A DNA stretch of 64,000 nucleotides from an uncultured bacterium (GTDB taxonomy: Bacteria > Bacteroidota > Rhodothermia > Balneolales > DATFMH01): NCBI GenBank assembly GCA_963712305.1, contig CAVQHI010000002.1, positions 1,488,885-1,552,884 of the forward strand. Direction: 5' to 3'. The translations under genes were made by a program, and so were the position numbers. Every line of letters starts with the position of its first letter. Positions within the stretch are counted from its first letter, which is position 1. Positions 9,097 to 19,006 of this stretch are shown here, piece after piece. The notes under the pieces were generated by a model that worked only from the letters and a program-made list of their open reading frames with translations, ran no database searches and had not been told where the DNA came from.

Positions 9097-12000
9097 ATGA
9101 GAAAAAGATGTACAGTCTTTTATGTGTTACCGGTAACTTTACTTATGCTTTTTGCATCAGTTAGTGCATTCGCCCAGAGTGTGACAGTTACCGGGAAAGT
9201 TGTAGATAGTTCCACAAAAGAAGCGCTTCCTGGCGTAAACGTAGTTGTTTCAGGCACAACTATCGGAACAGCAACTGACGCAAACGGAAAATATTCGCTT
9301 TCTGTTCCAAGTGCCCGGGACACACTTGTGTATACATATATTGGTTATGTGACAAAGAAAGTAGCTTTGAATGGACGTTCAGAAGTCAATGTATCTCTCG
9401 GCCAAAAGGCTGTCCAGGGTAAGGAACTGGTTGTTATTGGTTATGGGACACAAAGACGCCAGAATCTTACAACCTCAGTCAGTACCATTAAAGGAGAGAA
9501 GGTAGCTCAGTCTGGTGCAGTTAATCCTTTAAATGGATTGCAGGGCAGAGTTGCAGGAGCAGATATTACTGCCAGTTCTGGTCGACCTGGAACCGATTTT
9601 AATATTACCATACGAGGGAAAAACTCACTGACAGGTAATAATAACCCGTTATACGTGGTTGATGGAGTGATCACGGATAATATTAACTTTCTGAATCCTC
9701 AGGAAATCCAGGATATCAGTATCCTTAAGAGTGCTGCAGCAACTGCAATTTACGGTTCACGTGGCTCCAATGGGGTTGTGATTGTCACTACGAAAGAAGG
9801 AAGTACACAAGGTGGCCAGGTACATATAACGTACAATGGCTCTTTTGGTCTCCGAACACCTGCCAGAGAACCCAAGTTTATGAACGGTACCAGATGGTGG
9901 GAATTCAGACAGGATGCATACATTACGGACGCTATTCAAAGCGGTTCCTCATATGATAATACGGTGGGTGGAATCGCTAATAGTTCAGTACTTGCCAATC
10001 GTGTCAATAATCATATTTACACAGATTGGACTAAATACGTTCTCAGAAACGCTGCACAAGACAACCAGTATTTATCCATTGATGGTTCGACAAGCGACAA
10101 AAGTGTTAACTATAATGTCGGTCTTGGTTATCAAAATGTAGAAGGTAATCTGAAAGGACAGGCATACAAGCAATACAATATAAAGACCGCATTGAAGGCG
10201 CAGATAACGCCTAAATGGTCAGCTGGAGCCAACATTAATTTTTCATTCGAAAATAATGATCTTGGCAACCACCACGCGGTAAGAACGGCATATCGGATGT
10301 CGCCTCTGGTAACGCCCTATGATTCCCTTGGAAATCTAATTTTTAAACCAGGCAAGTACGCCGGGATCAGCTTTACGAGTTCTGTTAATCCTCTCGAGGA
10401 TATAAAAAATACCGTAAATAATGAACGTAATAGCCAGGGTCTTGGTCAGGTGTATTTACAGTATGAGCCGTTAAGCTGGCTGCAAGTGAAATCGAGTTTT
10501 GCTCCTCAGTTTAGCTTCCAGAGACACGGTATCTACCTGGGGCCTAAAACGGACGAACGTCAACTTCAGGATGCTTCTGCTTCTCTAAGTAAGGATCAGG
10601 CACTCTCCTATATTTGGGATAATAAAATATCGGCTAATAGAGATTTCGGAGATCACCATGTCGACGTGATGGGACTGTATAGTATCGAATCACACCGGCA
10701 TGAAGGAAGCAATGTTGATGTAGCTAATCTGCCATTCAATTCTTCATTCTACAACATTGGGTCGGCCAGTGACTACCAGAGTGTAGGCAGCTATTTCAGA
10801 AAAACAACCTTGATGTCCTTCATGTTCAGGGTGAATTACTCTTACAAGGATAAATATTTGCTCACCGTCACTAACCGTTGGGATGGATCTTCAGTCCTTG
10901 CTGCCGGTCATAAATGGGCCATGTTCCCATCCATCTCAGCAGGATGGCGTTTGAGCCAGGAAAATTTCCTGAAAAACATCGATGCTATCTCCGAGTTGAA
11001 ACTCAGGGCCAGCTACGGTCTTACAGGCAACAACGATGTTAATCCGTATTCCACCCAAATTCTGGCCAATTCACAAACATATTACGATTACGGCGGTTCA
11101 CTCGCAAAAGGGTTTGCTCCCAGTGGAGTTGCCAATTCTAATCTGACCTGGGAAAAAACGCACGAGGTCGATGCTGGTCTTGATTTCGGTCTCTTTAATG
11201 AGAGAATCAGCGGTAGCATTGACTATTACAACAGGCTCTCTTACAAGTTATTGATGGATCGTCAACTTCCGCTCGAAACTGGTGCAGGAAGTATTACCGA
11301 TAACATTGGTTCTGTCAGGAATAAAGGGATAGATATCAGCCTGAATACGGTAAATATCATTACCAAAGATTTCAGATGGTCGACATCCTTTACATTCTCA
11401 AAGAATAATAACAGTATTGTCTCCCTCTATGGGAACAACCAGAATGATATCGGAAACGGATGGTTTATCGGTCAGCCTATCAATGTCAATTACACGTATG
11501 TATTTGATGGCATATGGCAGCAGGATCAGGCCGCTGAAGCTGCTAAATATGGACAAACTCCAGGTCAGGCCCGTGTCAAGGATCTGAATGGGGATGGTGC
11601 CATTACCAGCGACGACCGGAAGATCATCGGAACTCCTGAGCCCTCATGGACCGGTGGTTTCACCACTGAAATCGACTACAAAGGATTCGCTTTCTCAACA
11701 ACGATCTCTGCACGTCAGGGGGTTCAGGTCTACAGTCCTTTTCATAATGAATTCCTGAACCTGGATGACAGGGGACGAGCAAAGCTGGATGTACCATTTT
11801 ATATGCCTCAGAATAGTGTAACACCAACGCATAGCTCCAATTCATATCCACAGCCGCACAATATCGGCCCGTACTGGAGAGAGGTCTCATCCTATCAGAA
11901 TGCCTCATATGTCGAAGTAAACAATATCAGATTGGGATACACATTGCCCGGCAAGACGATAAGAAAGCTCGGTATCAGCGGACTCAATATCTACTTCAAT

Positions 12001-12129
12001 GTGCAGAATCCCTTTGTGTTCACTCCTTATACAGGGTTTGATCCGCAGTGGGCCGATCTGCAGATATATAATGCTGATAACGTGACTAGTTCGATCAATT
12101 ATCAATTAGGCATCAATCTGAGAATTTAG
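9097..12129 (+). CDS. SusC-like TonB-dependent outer-membrane transporter (no STN domain)
   Basis: 1010 aa. Signal peptide, carboxypeptidase-regulatory-like domain (VTGKVVDSSTKEALPGVNVVVSGTTIGTATDANGKYSL), plug region (LVVIGYGTQRRQNLTTSVSTI; NPLYVVDGV; AAATAIYGSRGSNGVVIVTTK), then a long beta-barrel. A SusD-like gene follows 20 nt downstream. Confidence 0.93.
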   Translation: MRKRCTVFYVLPVTLLMLFASVSAFAQSVTVTGKVVDSSTKEALPGVNVVVSGTTIGTATDANGKYSLSVPSARDTLVYTYIGYVTKKVALNGRSEVNVSLGQKAVQGKELVVIGYGTQRRQNLTTSVSTIKGEKVAQSGAVNPLNGLQGRVAGADITASSGRPGTDFNITIRGKNSLTGNNNPLYVVDGVITDNINFLNPQEIQDISILKSAAATAIYGSRGSNGVVIVTTKEGSTQGGQVHITYNGSFGLRTPAREPKFMNGTRWWEFRQDAYITDAIQSGSSYDNTVGGIANSSVLANRVNNHIYTDWTKYVLRNAAQDNQYLSIDGSTSDKSVNYNVGLGYQNVEGNLKGQAYKQYNIKTALKAQITPKWSAGANINFSFENNDLGNHHAVRTAYRMSPLVTPYDSLGNLIFKPGKYAGISFTSSVNPLEDIKNTVNNERNSQGLGQVYLQYEPLSWLQVKSSFAPQFSFQRHGIYLGPKTDERQLQDASASLSKDQALSYIWDNKISANRDFGDHHVDVMGLYSIESHRHEGSNVDVANLPFNSSFYNIGSASDYQSVGSYFRKTTLMSFMFRVNYSYKDKYLLTVTNRWDGSSVLAAGHKWAMFPSISAGWRLSQENFLKNIDAISELKLRASYGLTGNNDVNPYSTQILANSQTYYDYGGSLAKGFAPSGVANSNLTWEKTHEVDAGLDFGLFNERISGSIDYYNRLSYKLLMDRQLPLETGAGSITDNIGSVRNKGIDISLNTVNIITKDFRWSTSFTFSKNNNSIVSLYGNNQNDIGNGWFIGQPINVNYTYVFDGIWQQDQAAEAAKYGQTPGQARVKDLNGDGAITSDDRKIIGTPEPSWTGGFTTEIDYKGFAFSTTISARQGVQVYSPFHNEFLNLDDRGRAKLDVPFYMPQNSVTPTHSSNSYPQPHNIGPYWREVSSYQNASYVEVNNIRLGYTLPGKTIRKLGISGLNIYFNVQNPFVFTPYTGFDPQWADLQIYNADNVTSSINYQLGINLRI

Positions 12130-12149
12130 ATTATCAAAAGGTATTTGTT

Positions 12150-13826
12150 ATGAAGAAGAACTTAATTTTCCTATTTGGAATATGCGTGTTGCTGGTAGCA
12201 GCCAGTTGTAAGAACTTCTTGTCTGAGGATAATAAATCAGACATAGTTGCAGACAGCTACTACAAAACCAAGGACGGCTATGAAAAGCTGATCAATTCCA
12301 CGTATGCACAACTGCGTACCATATATGGTAAGAGCGATGATGTATGGATGTATTGCGGCGGTACCGATATGTACTGGCGCGGGCGATCTGATAATAATGA
12401 TGACAATGGTTTAAGTTCATACCAGGATTTAACCCCCTCAAATGGTATTGTTACCACGTATTATCAGGATTCATACAAGGCAATCCAGGTTGCTAATACA
12501 GCCGTCTACTACAACTCGAAAACAGAATCCTTCCCACAGCTCAAAAGCCGATTGGGAGAAGCAAAATTCCTCAGAGCGCTGTTCTACTTTAACCTGGTGC
12601 GCCAGTTTGGCGGTGTGGCTCTTGTCAAAAATCGCATTAACCAGGCGATCCTCAATTTCCACAGGGCATCAGCTGATTCGGTTTATACATTCATCATAAA
12701 TGAGATGAAGGATGCACTCAGTGATGTTCCGGAGACGAATGATCCAGGCAGAGTAGATAAGCGAACAGTACGCTTTTACCTGGCTAAGGTTTATTTGAGA
12801 AGAGGATACCAAAGCTTTGGCTCTCCGGATGACTTTAAGCAAGCTGCAAATTACGCTGATGCTGCTATAAATGGTCAAAAACTGGGACTTACGTTCAAGC
12901 AACAGTGGTTCCCGGGATTGGATTTGAATTCGGATAATATCTTTTCCGTGCAATACAGCAGTTCGTCAATTGTGGATCCGTCGTCTGATGGCAACGACCA
13001 GAACTATTTCTTCAGTCCCTATTTGGGTGGAGAAGGACAAACACAAGGATACCCATACCGCTCACATACCTTGTTCCCGGACAAGTATGTGTTCAACCTG
13101 TTCACTCAGTATGATACCCGTCTTGATAATACATTCATGACTAAGTTCTACAGCCCATACTATGGTTATTTTAATCAGAACGGTTCGTTGGACAAGCTGA
13201 ATGTTCAGTATTACTACGTTCCCAAATGGGCAGAAGCCGATACAACGGCCTGGAAAGCTGCTGATCCGGCACACCGCGACAGCACCATCATCATTCCTTT
13301 CGAGAACTGGACGCCGGATATTGCATTTGATCCGTACCGCGGTGCACCACTGCCAGTTCCGGTTAAGAAATTCGATGATCCGACAGCTGTCTTTGCTGGT
13401 AACTCGAGTACACGTAATATTGCTCTTGCTCGCCTTGCAGGGGCCTATCTCGTTTCGGCCGAGGCGTATTTCAAACAAGGCGATGTTGCTACAGCTGCCG
13501 ACCGAATTAATGAGGTCAGGACACGAGCTGCGGAACCGGGTCATGAGTCAGCCATGACGATTCCACCGGATTCAGTGAGTATTGATTTCATTCTTGACGA
13601 GCGCGCACGTGAGTTATTAGGCGAATATCACCGCTGGTTCGACCTTACGCGTACCGGAACGTTGATTGATAGAGATAAGAAGTACAACCGCAACATTCAG
13701 GTTTGGTTTAGTCAGGGAATCAATCCATTCAAAGGGGCCGGTGGCGGACTCAAGATCTTGCGTCCGATTCCGCAAAGCGCGATTGACCTTAACCATTCAC
13801 AGGTTCAACAAAACCCTGGTTATTAA
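12150..13826 (+). CDS. SusD/RagB-family outer-membrane lipoprotein
   Basis: 558 aa. Lipobox LLVAASC, TPR-like core (EAKFLRALFYFNLVRQFGGV) and C-terminal ERARELLGEYHRWFDLTRTG motif. Paired with the upstream SusC. Confidence 0.9.
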   Translation: MKKNLIFLFGICVLLVAASCKNFLSEDNKSDIVADSYYKTKDGYEKLINSTYAQLRTIYGKSDDVWMYCGGTDMYWRGRSDNNDDNGLSSYQDLTPSNGIVTTYYQDSYKAIQVANTAVYYNSKTESFPQLKSRLGEAKFLRALFYFNLVRQFGGVALVKNRINQAILNFHRASADSVYTFIINEMKDALSDVPETNDPGRVDKRTVRFYLAKVYLRRGYQSFGSPDDFKQAANYADAAINGQKLGLTFKQQWFPGLDLNSDNIFSVQYSSSSIVDPSSDGNDQNYFFSPYLGGEGQTQGYPYRSHTLFPDKYVFNLFTQYDTRLDNTFMTKFYSPYYGYFNQNGSLDKLNVQYYYVPKWAEADTTAWKAADPAHRDSTIIIPFENWTPDIAFDPYRGAPLPVPVKKFDDPTAVFAGNSSTRNIALARLAGAYLVSAEAYFKQGDVATAADRINEVRTRAAEPGHESAMTIPPDSVSIDFILDERARELLGEYHRWFDLTRTGTLIDRDKKYNRNIQVWFSQGINPFKGAGGGLKILRPIPQSAIDLNHSQVQQNPGY

Positions 13827-13839
13827 TCTGTAAAGCGAA

Positions 13840-15756
13840 ATGCGTCATAGTCGCCTAAATCTTATAATCCTTTTTTTATTGTTAGTTGCTTTAGCAGCGG
13901 TTGGCTGTAGAAAGAATCCCTTGGGTGATACTGGTGGCGGTACCGGCGGTGCCGGCCAGGATACGACATCCCATAGTCAAAATAATCCATATGGATTTAC
14001 AGGTGATGGTAAGACAGATAACACTGATCTTATCCAGGCGGCTATTGACAGCATATCGAACGCAGGCGGCGGAGTTGTTGAGTTTAGTAACGGTACCTTC
14101 TTGACGGGACCTATTGAACTTAAGAGTGATGTCACGCTCGAGATTAAAGGCTCGGCGACGCTGCTCGCTACTAAAAATATGAAAGCATACTATCCGGCAG
14201 GGGCAGATACAAACGGTCCCCTGCCGAGTAGTTTGCGTCCTCTGATCACCTCTGATCATGCTGATAACATCAGAATTTCCGGCGATGGAACAATAGATGG
14301 AAACGGACAGCAGTGGTGGACTTTATATGAAAATGCCAAGACGAGCGGGAATACACTGCCTGCGCGTCCGAGGCTGATTAAGCTGAATCATTCTACTAAT
14401 ATTGCAATCGATAGTGTTAAGCTTACTAATTCGCCGCAGTTCCATGTCTCGCTCGAGAATTGCTGGCATGTCAAAATAGAGCATGTAACCATAACTGCTC
14501 CTTCCAACTCACCCAATACAGATGGAATTGATCCGGCCACATCTCATTTTGTGACTATTTCGAATTGTACCATCGATACAGGTGATGATAATGTCGCGGT
14601 GAAATCCGGTAGATACGACCCGACTGATCCGCATGCCGGAACAACGAATATTACGATATCTAACTGTACGTTTTTGCACGGCCACGGAGTATCAATTGGA
14701 AGTGAAACCTCCGGTGGCGTTGATAGTATGTATGTGAGAAATTGTACGTTTAATGGAACTACCAACGGATTTCGAATAAAATCATACCGTGGAAATGGCG
14801 GGGATATCAGGAATGTTGTGTACAGCAACAATAACATGCAGGATGTCGAATATCCAATACTTTTCACAGGTTATTATCCAAAAATTCCTTCCGAATCTGA
14901 TCCGGCTCAACCGGTAACGTCAAAGACACCGTATTATCATGATATAACTATCGAAAATTTGACGTCGAGAAATTCACCGTCAGCGGGATTAATCATCGGT
15001 CTGCCTGAGAAACCGATGAAGAATATCATCCTTAAACATATAAATATTACTGCTAAATCAGGCCTTTCAATACGGAATGCAACGGTCGATACCTTAGATG
15101 CAGTGATAAACACACCTGAGACCGGGGATGGGCAGGTAACAGCGTCCGCTGAATCAATCGTTGGCCTGGATCCGGCATATGAAATTCCTCCAGAGGGGAC
15201 CACACGAGAAGTACAGAAATTAAAGCCAGACGCATCAACAAGCAGTTCCTCCGGAACAAATACATGGCCGGATGAGAGCAAACTGAATTCGGACAGGTAT
15301 GTAGAATTTTCTCTTTCCCCCAAAACAAACTACAACCTGACAGTCGACTCTCTATCAATGCTGATTGGTAATAAGGGGATCAGGGGGATGTGGTCTGCTA
15401 TTTATTATTCAACCAATTCAACGTTTTCAAACCCCAGAAAGATTACTGAAATAGATTCACTGACGGAAAATGGTGTGACTGATACCACCTTTACAGGCTA
15501 CAGCATAAGTGGTATGAATATCTCGGTGAATGATGGGCAGACCCTGTATATCAGGGTTTATCCATGGTTACCGGGTGGGACAACCAGCACGTCTAAGTAT
15601 ATGTACATCGGTAATGTACGTGTATTTGGTACAACGCAGACGCCAACGGCTTCTGCGACAGTGATATGGCCACTGACAGGTGGCACAAAGCAACAACCAG
15701 CTCCTTTCTCTGGCGGGTTTATCCTTCAGAAAGGTGCTGCTATGAATGGCATATAA
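13840..15756 (+). CDS. GH28 polygalacturonase-family lipoprotein with an unassigned ~165-aa C-terminal domain
   Basis: 638 aa. Lipobox LAAVGC. GH28 catalytic motifs NSPNTDGIDP, GDDNVAVKSG, GHGVSIGSE, FRIKSYRG. The C-terminal segment (about 15135-15640) is homologous to the N-terminal part of the next gene. Confidence 0.88.
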   Translation: MRHSRLNLIILFLLLVALAAVGCRKNPLGDTGGGTGGAGQDTTSHSQNNPYGFTGDGKTDNTDLIQAAIDSISNAGGGVVEFSNGTFLTGPIELKSDVTLEIKGSATLLATKNMKAYYPAGADTNGPLPSSLRPLITSDHADNIRISGDGTIDGNGQQWWTLYENAKTSGNTLPARPRLIKLNHSTNIAIDSVKLTNSPQFHVSLENCWHVKIEHVTITAPSNSPNTDGIDPATSHFVTISNCTIDTGDDNVAVKSGRYDPTDPHAGTTNITISNCTFLHGHGVSIGSETSGGVDSMYVRNCTFNGTTNGFRIKSYRGNGGDIRNVVYSNNNMQDVEYPILFTGYYPKIPSESDPAQPVTSKTPYYHDITIENLTSRNSPSAGLIIGLPEKPMKNIILKHINITAKSGLSIRNATVDTLDAVINTPETGDGQVTASAESIVGLDPAYEIPPEGTTREVQKLKPDASTSSSSGTNTWPDESKLNSDRYVEFSLSPKTNYNLTVDSLSMLIGNKGIRGMWSAIYYSTNSTFSNPRKITEIDSLTENGVTDTTFTGYSISGMNISVNDGQTLYIRVYPWLPGGTTSTSKYMYIGNVRVFGTTQTPTASATVIWPLTGGTKQQPAPFSGGFILQKGAAMNGI

Positions 15757-15828
15757 ATTATAAACAGGAGAACAACTCTATTGTTGAATAATGTTACTGT
15801 TAACAAATAAACAAAAGGGGTAATAACT

Positions 15829-16827
15829 ATGAAAAAAGCCTTTACTGGATTACTGACTGTTTCTATGATCCTGGCCTTTGCCGGTCTGTCGCTGGCTCAG
15901 TCCCAGGGAATGGCAACCTGGTCATTGAGTAAGCAAGATACCATTTCAGCTAAAGTCACCGGTAATGTTGTGGCCGATACTGAAAGTGTTGTCGGGCTGG
16001 TTCCAGGCTATGAGGATCCGACATCGAGTTTCGATCCGCCGTATCCCAGTTGGTGGGTCTCAGGAACATATCTTCAGAAGGTGAAACCTGACGCTTCCAC
16101 AGACGATCATGCTAACACCGGTACTGATAACTCCTGGCCAGCTGAAAGCACATATAATCCTAAAAGGTATGTGCAATTTTCTGTCGGACCTAAAAGTGGT
16201 TATGACATGACTGTTGACACCCTTTCTATGTGGATAGGCGCCAAAGGGTATGACGGAATTATAGGAGCTATTTATTATTCGACTAATTCCGACTTTTCAA
16301 ATGCCAAAAAGTTGGCGGGAAATAAGGATACTTTAATTGAGCACAGTATGGTAGATACGACCTTTAAAGGTGTCAAATTCGGTCCTGCATATACCGGACT
16401 TGGGATAACGGTTAAAGACGGGCAAAAACTATACGTCAGGGTCTATCCCTATACACCTGCCGGAAAAAATAGTGGTTCCAAATATATGTATATAGGTAAT
16501 GTTGTCGCCTATGGAACCACAGAGATGTCCACACCAATTGAAAAGACTCCGACGACAACGCCTGGTGGATTCGCCCTGAAGCAAAACTATCCGAATCCTT
16601 TCAACCCCACAACAAATATTGAATATCAGATACCAGAGAAAAGCATGGTAACACTGAAAGTATATAATATTGTGGGACAGGAAGTGGCTACGCTCGTTCA
16701 AGGTGTGAAGGCACGTGGAAGCTATACTGTGAGGTTCGATGGTTCCGGGCTTTCCAGCGGTGTATATATGTACAGGCTGACGGCCGGATCCTTCACAAAG
16801 TCAAAACAACTCACACTGATTAAGTAA
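15829..16827 (+). CDS. Secreted protein: unassigned ~165-aa domain plus T9SS C-terminal sorting domain
   Basis: 332 aa. Signal peptide (LAFAGLSLAQS). The central domain shares roughly 40-50% identity by eye with the GH28 C-terminus (QKVKPDAST, RYVQFS, TVDTLSMWIG, AIYYSTNSDFSN, SKYMYIGNV). C-terminal ~80 aa (QNYPNPFNPTTNIEYQIP...SGVYMYRL...) is a type A Por secretion tail. Confidence 0.75.
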   Translation: MKKAFTGLLTVSMILAFAGLSLAQSQGMATWSLSKQDTISAKVTGNVVADTESVVGLVPGYEDPTSSFDPPYPSWWVSGTYLQKVKPDASTDDHANTGTDNSWPAESTYNPKRYVQFSVGPKSGYDMTVDTLSMWIGAKGYDGIIGAIYYSTNSDFSNAKKLAGNKDTLIEHSMVDTTFKGVKFGPAYTGLGITVKDGQKLYVRVYPYTPAGKNSGSKYMYIGNVVAYGTTEMSTPIEKTPTTTPGGFALKQNYPNPFNPTTNIEYQIPEKSMVTLKVYNIVGQEVATLVQGVKARGSYTVRFDGSGLSSGVYMYRLTAGSFTKSKQLTLIK

Positions 16828-16841
16828 AGTCGGCTCACTTT

Positions 16842-16954
16842 CACCGGTGGAATTCACCCAATAATGCGGGCGCCATTTTCAAGTGAATCATGATCATCAA
16901 TTTTTACCCAATGATCATGACGCAAGCTGAGGGTGAGTTCATCGGTGTTTTTTT
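16842..16954 (+). terminator. Large nested hairpin ending in a T7 tract (putative intrinsic terminator or structured 3' element)
   Basis: Perfect 10-bp inner stem TCATGATCAT (16888-16897) / ATGATCATGA (16911-16920). Imperfect outer inverted repeat CACCGGTGGAATTCACCC (16842-16859) / GGGTGAGTTCATCGGTG (16931-16947). Followed by TTTTTTT (16948-16954). Begins 15 nt after the stop at 16827. Confidence 0.5.
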
Positions 16955-17292
16955 ATTGCTCTATGAGTAGAAAAGAAGGAGTATTTCCAAAGAGAACAGT
17001 CCTGAAATATAATTTTGGATGATACTTTCCACTTTCAAAGCCACATCAAACACATCGACGAAGATATATATGCTAATTGTAAAGGGCGTTTTTCTTGTGC
17101 TGATAGCTATTAGTTGGTAAACAATCATTATTAACAACGAGCATCCTTTAATTCATCATTGGGTAACAGGCCTTATTGTAGGCTTAAGAAAACGCATGCT
17201 TGTGAAATAATTTTTTTAGCAACTCATCTAAAAGTTGTGTCAGACGATTCGGATCAATGGCAAACATCAGGATTAATTTTAAGAAAGAATTT

Positions 17293-18789
17293 ATGATGAA
17301 AAAGATACTGGTTATTACTGTTTTCATTATCTGTGGAGCATTTCTTAAAGCAAATGCGCAGATTTATGTATCGCCGAAAGGGGATGATTCAAATCCCGGT
17401 ACAATCAACAAGCCTCTAAAATCAGTAAGTCTTGCAATGAGCAAGGCTTATGCGGATACAACGATATATTTACGTGATGGTATATACGATCTGAGCAGCA
17501 CCTTACATACTTCCAGAAACGGAACTCCAGGACATTACATAAAATTGTTCGCTTATCCCGGCGAGCATCCAATACTGGATTTTTCCAATCAGAGTTATTC
17601 CTCAAGTTCCAGGGGGTTCGAACTATCTAATTATTACTGGTATTTAAAAGGAATCACAATCCGTAATGCTGGTGACAACGGCATTCATATATCCGGTGGC
17701 TATAATATCGTTGAAGACTGTAAATTCTATGGAAATAAAGATACCGGACTTCAGATAAGTAACGGTGGTCGTAATAATTTTATTCATGATTGTGATTCAT
17801 ACAAAAACTATGATCCGGCGACTCATGGAGAAAATGCCGATGGTTTTGCATGTAAGTTAGATAATGGTCCGAACAATAGATTTGTCGGCGATCGGTCGTA
17901 CTCTAATGCCGATGACGGTTGGGATTTTTACGAATCGAAGTATAAAATAGTCCTCGATAGCTGCTGGTCATTTAGTAATGGTCATAATATTTGGAACGAT
18001 TCCAATTACCAGGGCGATGGAAATGGTTTTAAGGTGGGGGGCAATTATGTCGCGGCTCCACATACAGTCACCAACTGTGTTGCTTTCTATAATAAAGGAA
18101 AGGGCTTTGATCAAAACCATAATACAGCCGGAGTAAAAGTGATTAATTGTACCAGCTATAATAACGGCAAAAACTTTTCCTTTTATGAAAAACCGACGAC
18201 GGGAGTTGATAGTTTAATAAACGATTTATCTTTCGGTGCCAGTATAGATATTGAAGGTAGCGCAGTGCAAAAAACGGACTCATGGAATGGATTCAGCGTT
18301 ACTTCTGCTGATTTCATTAGTCTTGATACTCCGTTGGCAACTGCCCCCCGGATGGCAAATGGCAGTTTACCCGATAATGGATTTCTTCATTTGGCCGATG
18401 GAAGCTCACTCATTGATGCGGGAACCAAAGTAGGATTATCATTTTCTGGCAAGGCTCCCGACATTGGAGCATTCGAATATGGCAATAACAGCACTTCAAT
18501 AAGTGAGATGAATGATTATTCACCTGCAAAATTTTCTCTTAACCAGAACTATCCCAATCCATTCAATCCCACGACGAATATCACATTTGATATACCACAA
18601 AAGAGTATGGTTACTCTGAAGGTATACAACATCCTGGGACAACTCGTGGCAACATTAGTGCACAGAGTCAGGCAGCAGGGCCATTATACGGTCAGGTTTA
18701 ATGGAGAAGAGCTCTCAAGCGGCGTTTATATCTATCGCATTCAGGCGGGATCATTCACCCAGGTAAAGGAACTTACACTGCTTAAGTAA
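17293..18789 (+). CDS. Right-handed beta-helix polysaccharide lyase, PL9-like pectate lyase, with T9SS C-terminal sorting domain
   Basis: The track ORF starts at ATG 17257, but the signal peptide MMKKILVITVFIICGAFLKANAQ begins at 17293. Beta-helix repeats. Motif series ENADGF-x20-DDGWD-x30-GDGNGFKVGG has D-x23-DDxxD-x35-K spacing. That matches my recollection of the Ca2+ ligands and catalytic Lys of Dickeya Pel9A. C-terminus QNYPNPFNPTTNITFDIP...SGVYIYRI is a T9SS tail. Confidence 0.72.
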   Translation: MMKKILVITVFIICGAFLKANAQIYVSPKGDDSNPGTINKPLKSVSLAMSKAYADTTIYLRDGIYDLSSTLHTSRNGTPGHYIKLFAYPGEHPILDFSNQSYSSSSRGFELSNYYWYLKGITIRNAGDNGIHISGGYNIVEDCKFYGNKDTGLQISNGGRNNFIHDCDSYKNYDPATHGENADGFACKLDNGPNNRFVGDRSYSNADDGWDFYESKYKIVLDSCWSFSNGHNIWNDSNYQGDGNGFKVGGNYVAAPHTVTNCVAFYNKGKGFDQNHNTAGVKVINCTSYNNGKNFSFYEKPTTGVDSLINDLSFGASIDIEGSAVQKTDSWNGFSVTSADFISLDTPLATAPRMANGSLPDNGFLHLADGSSLIDAGTKVGLSFSGKAPDIGAFEYGNNSTSISEMNDYSPAKFSLNQNYPNPFNPTTNITFDIPQKSMVTLKVYNILGQLVATLVHRVRQQGHYTVRFNGEELSSGVYIYRIQAGSFTQVKELTLLK

Positions 18790-19006
18790 AATAGACTCAG
18801 CAAGCACATAGGTTAATCAATGAATAAAACAATAACTGCTCGGGTAAACGGCTTCTTGAATCAAACTAAGGACTCACGGAGCAGTTATTCGTTATTAGTT
18901 GTTCAGCAAAGTGCAATATGCAGATCATTATTGTACTTTATTAGGGTGTATAAAAATGCTATTCCCTGAAGTTTTGCAGTTAATTTTAATCGATTTTCAG
19001 TAATAA

